From positions 1 through 64,000 of the forward strand of contig JAYFMW010000019.1 in the NCBI GenBank assembly GCA_042408215.1: a stretch of DNA of 64,000 bases. The letters are read 5' to 3'. Under the pieces are notes generated by a model. That model was not told where the DNA came from. It was given only the letters and a program-made list of their open reading frames with translations, and did no database searches. Each line of letters starts with the position of its first letter. The first letter of the stretch is position 1. The DNA comes from Microcoleus sp. GTDB taxonomy: Bacteria; Cyanobacteriota; Cyanobacteriia; Cyanobacteriales; Microcoleaceae. This document shows positions 20,347 through 30,000 of this stretch, piece after piece. A program made the position numbers and the translations under genes.

Positions 20347-20707
20347 AAGTTTGATTTTACAGCAGTCTAACAATTCCCATCAAAGTGATAAAATAGGGAT
20401 AATTTCATAGCAAGGGCTAAAGCCATTACTATAAAAAAATTAAGCGGGAACTTAGATTTTTTCACTCCCAGAAAGAGCAAAAGCTGAGTGAATTACTTTC
20501 AACGCGATCCCTGAAATCAAGAATCGTGATAATGTAAAGATTTTTATACTTTTGTTCTTAGGTTTGAGGTGGTTGGTATCCTTAGGGGAAAAACAGCGAT
20601 CGGTCGTCATAAAATTTCATTTATGGGGTATTATACAGAAAATTTCCGTTGTTCAGGCGAACGCAGCAAAAGACATATAACAACCGTAGAATTACCTAAA
20701 TTTATAA

Positions 20708-20826
20708 TGTCAACTATGAACTACCGAGATTACATCACGCAAGTTGAAAATTTGTTACGTCGTAATTTTAACGCGATCGAATTATTTTATGAAGATGAGA
20801 ATTTATCGCTGCTTGCTTTATCATAA
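20708..20826 (+). pseudogene. fused remnant of a DUF433 antitoxin N-terminus and a DUF5615 PIN-like toxin C-terminus
   Basis: MNYRDYIT (DUF433-like start) joined directly to QVENLLRRNFNAIELFYEDENLSLLAL (DUF5615-like end). Confidence 0.45.
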
Positions 20827-21231
20827 TGCACAGATGGCTTTGGGCCTCTTTCCACGGTTTTTACAAAGGTCGAAAACAGAATGGCGATCGGCGCAAGAAC
20901 CCATCGGAGTTTGAAGAACGGTTGAATACTGAAATTTATACAACGAATATGGGGCGATAGATTACATTGATTCGAGTGTGAGTAAGTTCTGATGAATGTC
21001 TCGATTTTTCCGATCGCCGAGGGTGTTCGATAGACTCTAATCTCAAATATAATAAATATAGCTTTTTTCAGTGCGACGGCTTAAGTGATTGAGCCGAATG
21101 GTGCGCCGAACTCGATCGAGGAAAGGAGATTCTGATGGGGAGTAAGAAGGGGTTGACATACATCATAAAGCTCAGGTGATTTACGTCCGGTGAGCGTGTT
21201 GGTATTACTACTTTTAAATTAGGGGATTATT

Positions 21232-21810
21232 ATGATTGTAGCCAGAGATCAGGAGCGGTCCTTTACGCCTGAAGAGTATTTTATTTGGGAGGAGCAACAG
21301 TTAGAAAGGCACGAGCTAATCGATGGTCGCGTGTATGCGATGAGTGGCGGGACTAGAAATCACAGTGATATCGCGGGAAACTTTTTAGCGACGATCAAGC
21401 CCCATCTGCGGGGCAGTGGTTGTAAAACATACAATTCTGACTGCCGCGTAAATATCCTCAATACTAGCAACTATACCTATCCCGATCTGAGTGTCACTTG
21501 CGATCCGCGAGATAATTCTAGCACTCAATATATTACCTATCCCTGCTTAATCGTTGAGGTTTTATCGGATAGTACCGAGGCTTACGACCGAGGCAAGAAG
21601 TTTGACAAATATCGCCGCAACCCGAATTTGGTTGATTATGTTTTAGTGAGTTCTGATGAGATGGCGATTGATATTTATCATAAAAATGATGCGGGGGATT
21701 GGTTGATTCTGAGCTATCGAGCGGGCGATCGCGTCGAGCTTAAAGGTATTGGTTTAAGCTGGCCGATCGAGCAATTTTATGAAGAAATTGTTTTCGAGCA
21801 GCAATCTTGA
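21232..21810 (+). CDS. Uma2/DUF820 family endonuclease
   Basis: RHELIDG..YAMSGG..NH, YPDLSVTC, PCLIVEVLS.STEAYDRG.KF..Y. Confidence 0.92.
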   Translation: MIVARDQERSFTPEEYFIWEEQQLERHELIDGRVYAMSGGTRNHSDIAGNFLATIKPHLRGSGCKTYNSDCRVNILNTSNYTYPDLSVTCDPRDNSSTQYITYPCLIVEVLSDSTEAYDRGKKFDKYRRNPNLVDYVLVSSDEMAIDIYHKNDAGDWLILSYRAGDRVELKGIGLSWPIEQFYEEIVFEQQS

Positions 21811-21859
21811 ATTTATTATGCTTAAGTGATGTAGTCTAATCGTGGCGAGTAAGAAGATG

Positions 21860-21889
21860 TTGACATACATCATTAAGCTGTGGTATTAT
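21860..21889 (+). promoter_or_regulatory. putative sigma70 promoter
   Basis: TTGACA, 18 nt spacer, TATTAT with an adjacent TG; same -35 context repeated at 21153. Confidence 0.5.
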
Positions 21890-21970
21890 TCGATTAGATT
21901 CAGTATTGTACCGCAACTGCGATACAATTATATCGTTAAAATAGTACCAAAACCAACCAAGGAGAAACCC

Positions 21971-22189
21971 ATGTTAACCCTAAAAAGGGCAATGTTAACC
22001 CTAAAAATGGCAAGCCAAAAAATCCAACAATTCCCCCCAGAACAACTTAATATTTCAGTTCAATCATTGCCAGAAGCTAAACTAGCGATCGAAGCGCTGC
22101 TGTCGATCCAGTTATCACAGCGATCGATCGAGCAATTCTTCAACTTGAAAAATATATTGTTGAAAATTCCTAAACCAACATTTTTGTAA
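21971..22189 (+). CDS. small hypothetical cassette-like gene
   Basis: GGAG RBS at 21961; follows GTTAAAA end; duplicated ATGTTAACCCTAAAAA start. Confidence 0.45.
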   Translation: MLTLKRAMLTLKMASQKIQQFPPEQLNISVQSLPEAKLAIEALLSIQLSQRSIEQFFNLKNILLKIPKPTFL

Positions 22190-22248
22190 CTCGCCTGCTG
22201 GGATTGAGAGGTATATAGAATTCATTAAACATTGCATCGTAAAGAACG

Positions 22249-22348
22249 GTCGAACAATCCCGTTGCACACCGACCGTACAGAGTCTCGCGGTATTTATAT
22301 CTTATAAACGACATTGTACCGCAACTGCGACATAATTATAAGTTATAC
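22249..22348 (+). other. attC-like site (canonical-looking left arm, divergent right arm)
   Basis: GTCGAAC-AATCC-CGTTGCACACCGACCGTACA ... TGTACCGCAACTGCGA...GTTATAC. Confidence 0.55.
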
Positions 22349-22417
22349 CTCTGTCATCGGGCATAGAAAAGTTGCTTCAAGGTTATCGGTAGGGACTTCA
22401 AAATCAGAGAATTAATT

Positions 22418-22738
22418 ATGGCACTCAACGACTTCAGGGCAGTATTTCTTCCTTACTGTTTAGACAAGCAATCTGACGGACGATACGTAGTGCTTAACAG
22501 AGGATACAAGCCGATTGGCTTCAAAACAAGAGAAAATATCAAGTATGAGGACTATCCTATTTGTGTTGAATTGAAAGGTATAGGTTCAGTAACAGCGGCG
22601 AAGCTTTCTTTCGAGGGCGATCCAAATACAGATAGAATTTATTTGTACAATGATGGCTGTGTTCCAACACAGAGTGCTGAACATATGAAAAATTATCTTG
22701 AACGCTTAAAAATCTTGGCAAAACTCAAAGTTGAATAA
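22418..22738 (+). CDS. hypothetical protein in a gene cassette
   Basis: 106-aa ORF (FLPYCL...YVVLNRGYKPIGF...IYLYNDG) between attC-like 22249-22348 and attC 22805-22891. Confidence 0.75.
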   Translation: MALNDFRAVFLPYCLDKQSDGRYVVLNRGYKPIGFKTRENIKYEDYPICVELKGIGSVTAAKLSFEGDPNTDRIYLYNDGCVPTQSAEHMKNYLERLKILAKLKVE

Positions 22739-22804
22739 TCAAGCAATAATAATAAGCTAGCAACATTGAATTGACCATTGAAGAATTGCTAGAGTCTCGG
22801 TGAG

Positions 22805-22891
22805 GTCTAACAAGCCGGTTCCACCCGACCACCGAAAGGTTATCTGTTAATGTTTAAGTTTAATAGTGGCGGGTGAAGCGGAACGTTATCT
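22805..22891 (+). other. integron attC recombination site
   Basis: R'' GTCTAAC, 5-nt spacer, GGTT[C]CACCCG[A]CCAC ... GTGGCGGGTGAAGC, GGAAC, R' GTTATCT; the unpaired C and A give bottom-strand extrahelical G and T. Confidence 0.8.
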
Positions 22892-22939
22892 CGTAAACGC
22901 AGCCTGACTTTGGAGATGATTCGGAAGCTCGATCGAGAA

Positions 22940-23923
22940 TTAAGAATTCCGACGCAGATTTTCATTTCCCCGTGCCCTCGCGCCGGGGAGAATGTCAACA
23001 ACTATCAAGGGCAACTCAACCGAACTAGGTTTAGCAACATGAGGCAGCCCCCAGCCTAATTTTTCCCGCAAAACGTGGAAAAACTCAGGAGGTTGCACCC
23101 GAACGAAGCGCGCCTGGTACGGAGCTCGTTCTACTTGCACCCAATCTTCCGGCCGAACATAACACCCGCCGTTCCCGTCTACCACCATTACCAGCCGGTT
23201 CGGACTCGCGGGCAAAATCTTCACCGGCTCGGTGTTGGAAAACACCAAGGCCCGCGAAGCCATAGAATGGGGGCAAAGAGGCACTAACTGCAACACTGGC
23301 ACTCCCGGAATAATTACAGGGCCGCCGGCCGACAGCGCGTAAGCTGTCGATCCAGTCGGAGTCGAGATAATTACTCCATCTGCGGCAATGTCAACAGCAG
23401 CGTGCTGGCCGATCGCCACTTCAAAATGGCACATACAAGTCAGGGGTTCGCGGTGCAGCACCATTTCATTCAAACACAGCGCTTCCCAGAGGCAGTCATT
23501 TTCCCGGAACAGCCGCACTGCTAGCATGGACCTTTCTTCTATTTCGTATTCTCCGGCGATCGCCTTTTCCAAAGCTTGTGGGAGCAAGTTCAGGTAAGTC
23601 TCTGTCAAAAAGCCCATGTGACCGGTATTCACAGTCAGCAGTGGCACTCCGATGGGAGCGACTTGGCGAAATGCAGACAGCACCGTGCCGTCGCCTCCTA
23701 ACACCACTGCAAACTCCATGTCGCTGTCAAAACCAGGGGGGACGAGTTGGTCGATCGGAGTGTGGCACATGGGGCGATCGGGGCTAGAATAGCCCAGAAT
23801 TCCCCCGGAACCGGAAACCGCGCAGACATCCCAGCCGCGGGCAGTCAGCTTGTCTTTCAACTCAAGAGCGACGCGACAAGCTATAGGTTTAACGTCGTTG
23901 TATATAATCCCAGCTTTCGGCAC
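22940..23923 (-). CDS. nadK: NAD(+) kinase
   Basis: [33 protein letters not shown]-terminus extended past ...SVELP. Confidence 0.95.
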   Translation of the reverse strand: MPKAGIIYNDVKPIACRVALELKDKLTARGWDVCAVSGSGGILGYSSPDRPMCHTPIDQLVPPGFDSDMEFAVVLGGDGTVLSAFRQVAPIGVPLLTVNTGHMGFLTETYLNLLPQALEKAIAGEYEIEERSMLAVRLFRENDCLWEALCLNEMVLHREPLTCMCHFEVAIGQHAAVDIAADGVIISTPTGSTAYALSAGGPVIIPGVPVLQLVPLCPHSMASRALVFSNTEPVKILPASPNRLVMVVDGNGGCYVRPEDWVQVERAPYQARFVRVQPPEFFHVLREKLGWGLPHVAKPSSVELPLIVVDILPGARARGNENLRRNS

Positions 23924-23924
23924 T

Positions 23925-24902
23925 TTAAAATGTAAAAGGCATTTTTTGTTTACTCCGTTTTTTAGTTTTAAGCTGCTCGTACTCTATTTCCTTGAGCTTC
24001 TTCATAATCAGACTAAAGTATTCTTCGAGATAAGATTCCAAAGTAGTAGTTTCTTTGGGGTCTAATCCGAAGACACTGTAAACGTCATCCATCGGAGCTT
24101 TCAAGGGTTTTCCGGCGGCCAAAACTTCTGAAAAAGCCAATCGGTCAGCTACGTTCCAACTCCACTGAAAGAACTTAGCAAATTCGCGAGTAGCCCGCAA
24201 CAAGGCATCTGGGGTGCGCGTGATTTTGGCTTGCTTCCCAGACAGTCGCTCGCACAAGCGAACGATTTCGTCAGCATCCCAAGCGCGATTACCTACTACC
24301 GGGAAAGTTTTTTTCTCGGTTTCGGGAACGGAAAGGGCTCGGACGGCAAACTTAGCAACATCCTGAGTGTTCATGTAGGCAAGGGCCGACGGCTTGTTGG
24401 GCAGCCAGACTCCCTGATTGTCTAAAATCGGCATTGCATAAAGGCTCAGCAGTCCTTGCAAAAACCCACAAGGTCTCAAGATTGTGTAGTCGAGACCGGA
24501 TTCTGCTAAAAACAGCTCGGTACAGCGCTTGATTTCCAACAGGGGCACTTGGGGATATTTCTCGGCGTCGAGAAAGGAAATGAATACGTAACGCTTGATG
24601 CCGGCTGCTACTGCTGCTTGAATCAGCGATACTTTTCCATCCCAGTCTACTCTTTTGATGCCCACAGAATCGGCTGCGCTGGCTGTTGCTGCATCGATAA
24701 TCGCCGTGACGCCTTCTAGTGCAGGAGGCAGGCTGTCTGGCTGGCACAGGTTCCCAGGTACGAGTTCGGCGCCCCATTCTTTCAAAAAGGCCGCTTTTCT
24801 GTAACTCCTGACTAAACAGCGAACCTGATAGCCCTCGTCTAGGGCGCGGCGGGCTATTTGGCGGCCGAGAGTGCCGGTGGCACCTACAATCAATAAAGTC
24901 AT
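23925..24902 (-). CDS. ycf39: Ycf39 atypical short-chain dehydrogenase (PSII assembly)
   Basis: [26 protein letters not shown]...[11 protein letters not shown]. Confidence 0.88.
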   Translation of the reverse strand: MTLLIVGATGTLGRQIARRALDEGYQVRCLVRSYRKAAFLKEWGAELVPGNLCQPDSLPPALEGVTAIIDAATASAADSVGIKRVDWDGKVSLIQAAVAAGIKRYVFISFLDAEKYPQVPLLEIKRCTELFLAESGLDYTILRPCGFLQGLLSLYAMPILDNQGVWLPNKPSALAYMNTQDVAKFAVRALSVPETEKKTFPVVGNRAWDADEIVRLCERLSGKQAKITRTPDALLRATREFAKFFQWSWNVADRLAFSEVLAAGKPLKAPMDDVYSVFGLDPKETTTLESYLEEYFSLIMKKLKEIEYEQLKTKKRSKQKMPFTF

Positions 24903-25082
24903 CTAGGGATTAATTACGAATCTTAAACTTTCTATAAGATGATATCAGGTTTGTCTCATTTTTGTATAAAAACTTAACAAAAACCTGAAGCTCTCTCATG
25001 TCGAGGTTGAGATCGAAGGCAGAAGGCACTGATGCCGAAGGCAAGAAAAATTTTGCCTTCAGCTATGATATATGTGAAAAAT

Positions 25083-25187
25083 TTATTCTTCGCCGCCTTG
25101 CAGTTTGAGCAGGAGGAAGCCTCCACCTATACCCACGAGAATTAGGGAAAAGGACAAAAAGGCTGCATTGAAAATTTCAGGATTCAT
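25083..25187 (-). CDS. petM: cytochrome b6f subunit PetM (absent from the ORF track)
   Basis: Translates to MNPEIFNAAFLSFSLILVGIGGGFLLLKLQGGEE*; sits between pdxA and ycf39. Confidence 0.9.
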   Translation of the reverse strand: MNPEIFNAAFLSFSLILVGIGGGFLLLKLQGGEE

Positions 25188-25752
25188 AAAAAAGCTCGGT
25201 AAGTGGGAAACTCAGAGTCTTTAGATCTGAGAGGGAAACGACGCGGGTGGTTAAAACCACCGTGATTTTTTTTTCCATTACCGCCTTGGAATTGCTTGAC
25301 GGGAGTGTACTTTTGTAATGCACTTTCCATGGGACAATTACCATTTCAAGCCTTGCAATCCTGTACGCATAATGGTTGCCTTTGTTGGGCCTCCCTTGCG
25401 GGGTAATGTTAGCTTCGCCAAAGTTATCAGGGCTTGCGCCGGCTTGCAACACTGTAAAGCGTGACTTTAGAACTGTTTAATTGCAAACGACAGAGCTCTT
25501 AACTAGCTTCGCATTCGCCCAGTGTCGTGACCCAAATAACGTAGTCAGTTAAGACTGAGGCTGGTCAGAATAGCTTGCTTCGAGACTTGCTCTTACAAGC
25601 GAGCGTGTCTTTAGACCTGAGTTCCTGACAAATAAGTCCAGTGGGTTTAGTCGATCGCATTAAATTAAGATAGTATCATTTCGGGCGATCGTCTACCAGA
25701 ATGCTAAAATCTCATTGCTGAAACTGTTGTAACATTCTGGAGAAGATCGCGA

Positions 25753-26853
25753 ATGCATCCAGATCGTCCTTTAAATCTAGCTTTAACTCTTGGAGATCCG
25801 GCGGGTATTGGGCCGGAAGTAATTCTTAAGGCTTTGGCCGAACAGCCGTCACTGAGCGAAAGACGGTCACTGAGCGAAAGACGGTCACTGAGCGAAGTCG
25901 AAGTGTTGAGGGTGACGACGATCGGCTCTAGGCTAATTTTGCAGCAAACTTACGATCGTCTGCGATCGTCCGATCCGACAGCAGTTTTGGCAAATCCAGA
26001 AGCATTAGATATTATTGATGTCGAATCCGACAGTACATGGGGGGAAATTGTCCCTGGTGTCGGGAATGCAGCCAGCGGGGCGGCTAGCTTTGCGTATATG
26101 GAAAGGGCGATCGCCCGTACCCTCGCCGGTGAATTCTCGGCGATCGTCACCGGGCCGATTTCCAAAACTTGCTGGCAGGCGGCTGGTTACAATTATCCTG
26201 GACAAACAGAACTTTTGGCATCCAAGGCGCGATCGCAGCGATTCGGAATGCTGTTTGCCGCCAAATCTCCCCACAGCAACTGGATGCTGATTACTTTACT
26301 CGCTACCACACATATTTCCCTACGTCAAGTCCCAGATGCTTTGAGTCCAGAATTGCTGACCGAAAAACTAGAATTGCTGATCGAGTGTTTGCGGGCAGAT
26401 TTTGGCTTAGAAACACCGAGAATTGCGGTTTCTGGCTTAAATCCTCACAGTGGCGAAAATGGGAAACTGGGAAATGAAGAGCAAGACTGGATGATACCGT
26501 GGTTGGAAACGCAGCGCGATCGGTTTCCGAGAGTGCAGTTAGAAGGGCCCGTGCCGCCTGATACCCTGTGGGTAAAAGCCGGTAAAGCTTGGTACGGTTT
26601 AGCCGAACCGGCTCACGATGCTTACTTGGCAATGTATCACGATCAAGGCTTGATTCCAGTCAAATTGATGGCTTTCGATCGAGCAGTCAACACTACGATC
26701 GGTTTGCCATTTGTCCGCACATCTCCCGATCATGGTACTGCTTTTGATATCGTAGGTCAAGGGATTGCGGATGCCTCCAGTATGAAAGCAGCATTGCAGC
26801 TTGCTGTGGAGTTAGCAAGTCGCAGAACAGCAGTTAAGATCGGGGGATGGTAG
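25753..26853 (+). CDS. pdxA: 4-hydroxythreonine-4-phosphate dehydrogenase
   Basis: [41 protein letters not shown]. Confidence 0.96.
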   Translation: MHPDRPLNLALTLGDPAGIGPEVILKALAEQPSLSERRSLSERRSLSEVEVLRVTTIGSRLILQQTYDRLRSSDPTAVLANPEALDIIDVESDSTWGEIVPGVGNAASGAASFAYMERAIARTLAGEFSAIVTGPISKTCWQAAGYNYPGQTELLASKARSQRFGMLFAAKSPHSNWMLITLLATTHISLRQVPDALSPELLTEKLELLIECLRADFGLETPRIAVSGLNPHSGENGKLGNEEQDWMIPWLETQRDRFPRVQLEGPVPPDTLWVKAGKAWYGLAEPAHDAYLAMYHDQGLIPVKLMAFDRAVNTTIGLPFVRTSPDHGTAFDIVGQGIADASSMKAALQLAVELASRRTAVKIGGW

Positions 26854-27017
26854 GCGCGTGCGAAGCGTCGCACTAAGCTTCGCCGAAGTGTCGAACCATC
26901 GCTTTAGTAGCCCTGACGCTGTGGAAAGTTGCGTCATTCTGATTGATTTTCGCGCTTGGCGGCAAGCAAGGTGATAATTTAATTTCATCATTTAAAGTCA
27001 AATCTCGGTAGCACACT

Positions 27018-30000
27018 ATGGCAGCATTTAATGAAAATTCAGGAGAAATTCATCCCTCAGAAGCATCAGTTTCTGAGCCAATTTCGGCAATTCCTAAAGC
27101 GGGAGATCAACTTCAGGAATTGCTGGTTATCCTGACTGAATTGCAATTATTTAAAACATCAAAAAATCCATCAAAACAACTTGAATTACCGATATCTGAA
27201 AATTCTGGCGATCGACGACTTGAGGAAAATCGCCATCGAGAACATAAGTGGTCTTTTGTGATTGAACCACCTGCTGTTCAACCGGAAATAATGAAAGAAA
27301 GTGAAGAGATAGCAGGGGCCAAAAATATCAACGAAGATTCTGATTTATCTAGAACCGCAGCAAAGCTAGCAAAAGATTATCGGCCGTCGGAGGAAGAATT
27401 AGAACAGGCTGTGCCACAGTTTAAGCAGTTGCAGCAACTGCTGTTTGGGAGAGATTTACCTGAATTTTACAGCAATGTTTTGAGTGTACAACAGAGGCTA
27501 GAGAATTTTGAAAGGTTAATGTCTGAACCGACAGAGTTGATGAATTTAGTGAAACCGTTAATTTCCGAGTTTTTGAAAGAACAGGTTGAGGAGTTGCAGT
27601 CAGAATTTCAAAGGGCGATCGAGGCTAGGGATTCTATAATTGATACCAGGTCAATTCAAGCAAAATTAGCATATTTGGAAAATAAAATTGCTGATTACAA
27701 CACTTCGGCTAGGTGGCCCCTGAGCGAAGTCGAAAAGTTCAGTAACAGCCGCCCGCTTGATAATTCAGAAGAATTAATCAAACGGTTGATGCCAATAATG
27801 GGCGAGTTGCTGAACCGGAAAGTGGAGGAGTCCAAGTTAGAGATAGCATCGGCGATCGCACCAACAGTCAATCAAGTAATTCACCATCAAAATGGACTCG
27901 ATGAAAAAGTATTAATAATTGAAAATAAATTTGCGGATATTCAGCAGAGATTCCAGGCTCAGCCAGAAGATTTAGTAAAACAGCTAGTGCCGATAGTTGG
28001 CGAGTTGCTGGAGCGAAAAATTAGTGAGTTAAAGTTAGAGGTTATAGAGGCGGTTACACCGTCAGCGCAGGTCAGAATTGCTTGGGTAGAAATAGAACAA
28101 AAAGTATTAAGTATCATAGCCAGCAGACTGGCCAGCGAACAGTCTCAAATTCAGCAGCCGGAAGAGATAATGGCTCTGCTAATGCCAGGAATACTTGAGT
28201 TACTGAACCGGAAAATAGATGAATCAAAATTAGAGTTGAAAGCGCAGCTCGCACCGCTTGAAGCAGCGATTAATCAACAAGAAGTCGCAGTAAAATTGGC
28301 AAATGTCGAAACTAAAGTAAATAATCTCCAACGCAAGCAAAACTCTCAGCCAGAAGAGATAATGGCTAGGCTAATGCCATTAATGATCGAGTCGCTAAAT
28401 CGCAAGATTAATGAGACCAAGTTAGAGGTAAAAGAGGCGATCGCACTGGCTGTAAGCGCCGCAATAGATCGGAGTGGTATTGCAGCACAAGTATTAAGAA
28501 ATGAAAATCAAATTGTGGAAGTTCAGCAGCAAGTTTTCGCTGAAATAGAGGGGTTGATGGCAAGGATAATGCCAAGGATTGTAGAGCTGTTATCCCGGAA
28601 AATAAGCGAAGCAAAGCTAGAGATTGAAGCGGCGATCGCCCCCGCTGTGGATGCAATCATTCAGAATAAAAGGATTGAGGAAAGACTTGGGAAGATTGAA
28701 CAAAAGATTGTCGCGATCGAACACCGGATTTATGAATCTACAGATTTGTTTACGGATTTACTGAAACCTTTGATTGACGAGCTGATGGTTAGCCATCACG
28801 CCCAACTGGAAAAATCTGTGATCGAATCAATTTTACCTTTATTAGATGAAGTTGTAAATTATAATTATAAACTTAACGATAAGGTGGCGAGTCTCGAAGG
28901 GAAAATAACTAACACTGAATGGTGGGGAAGTCGGCCAGATTTAGTGGTCAAAATTAAAGAGATTTTTCCCGAAATGATGCTGCGAACAATTAACGAGTCA
29001 AAAGTGGCATTTACAGAAACAATAGCTCCGATAATTGATGAAGTAATTAATGCCAAAACTAGGCAAAACAGGCAGTCGATGGGAATAGCGATAGCGCCGG
29101 CTATTCCTGTGGGAATCAGCCACAGAATAACTGAAGCGCCTGATGAATTTGCCAAGGCGATCGCACCGGAAATAGCGGCTGCTGTTAAACACCAGATTAA
29201 TCTCGATCGAGAAGCCATGTCGGATGCGATCTATCCTATTATCGGCAGCACGATTTTAAAGTACATGGCTGAGACGATGCAGGAGATTAATAAAAAACTG
29301 GAGCAAGCTGTAAGCGTGGAGGGAATTACTCGCAAATTAAAAGCTAAGTTGCTCTTAATTTCGGAAGCAGAATTGCTGATGAAAGAAACAACACCGCAGA
29401 CTGTTAAAGCTGTATTTTTAATTCAAAAAGAATCTGGTTTGGTAATTTCAGGGGTGCAGCAGTCTGAACAAGAACAGCTAGAATCAGATATGGTAGCGGG
29501 GATGCTGACTGCTATTCGCGCTTTTGTCAATGACTGCATAGCTCAATCGGGAAATATTGCAGAGATTGATGCTATAGAATACGGGACATCTACGATTATA
29601 TTGGAAGTAGCTGGTTCTTGTTATTTAGCAGCAGTGATGCAAGGAGAAATCCGCCAGTGGTTTAAGTACAAAATGCGATCTATTTTAAAAAATATTGTTC
29701 AAGAATACGGGAATGAAATTAAGTCATTTAATGGCGATCAAGCAACTGTCCCCGTTGCAGTAACCTCCCAGATACAGAAATTAATTCATCCAGATGTAGA
29801 AGTTAAATCTACTAATAAACCTCCCCTGTTATTAATTGTCGGTTTGGCAGCTTTAGGTTTAATTGGCGTACCTTGGGGAATTTATGAATACCGCAACGGA
29901 GTTGAAGGTAGATTAGAGGCTGATACGAATTTAGCTTTACAGTCTGCTCCCGAGTTGTCGGTTTATCGTCTAACGGCAGATGTGAGAGATCGAGTAGTGA

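Noticed and set aside
25190..25750. ncRNA or ORF 25177-25452 in the petM-pdxA intergenic region
   Set aside because: No recognisable RNA family or protein motif; likely divergent promoters, though an sRNA cannot be excluded
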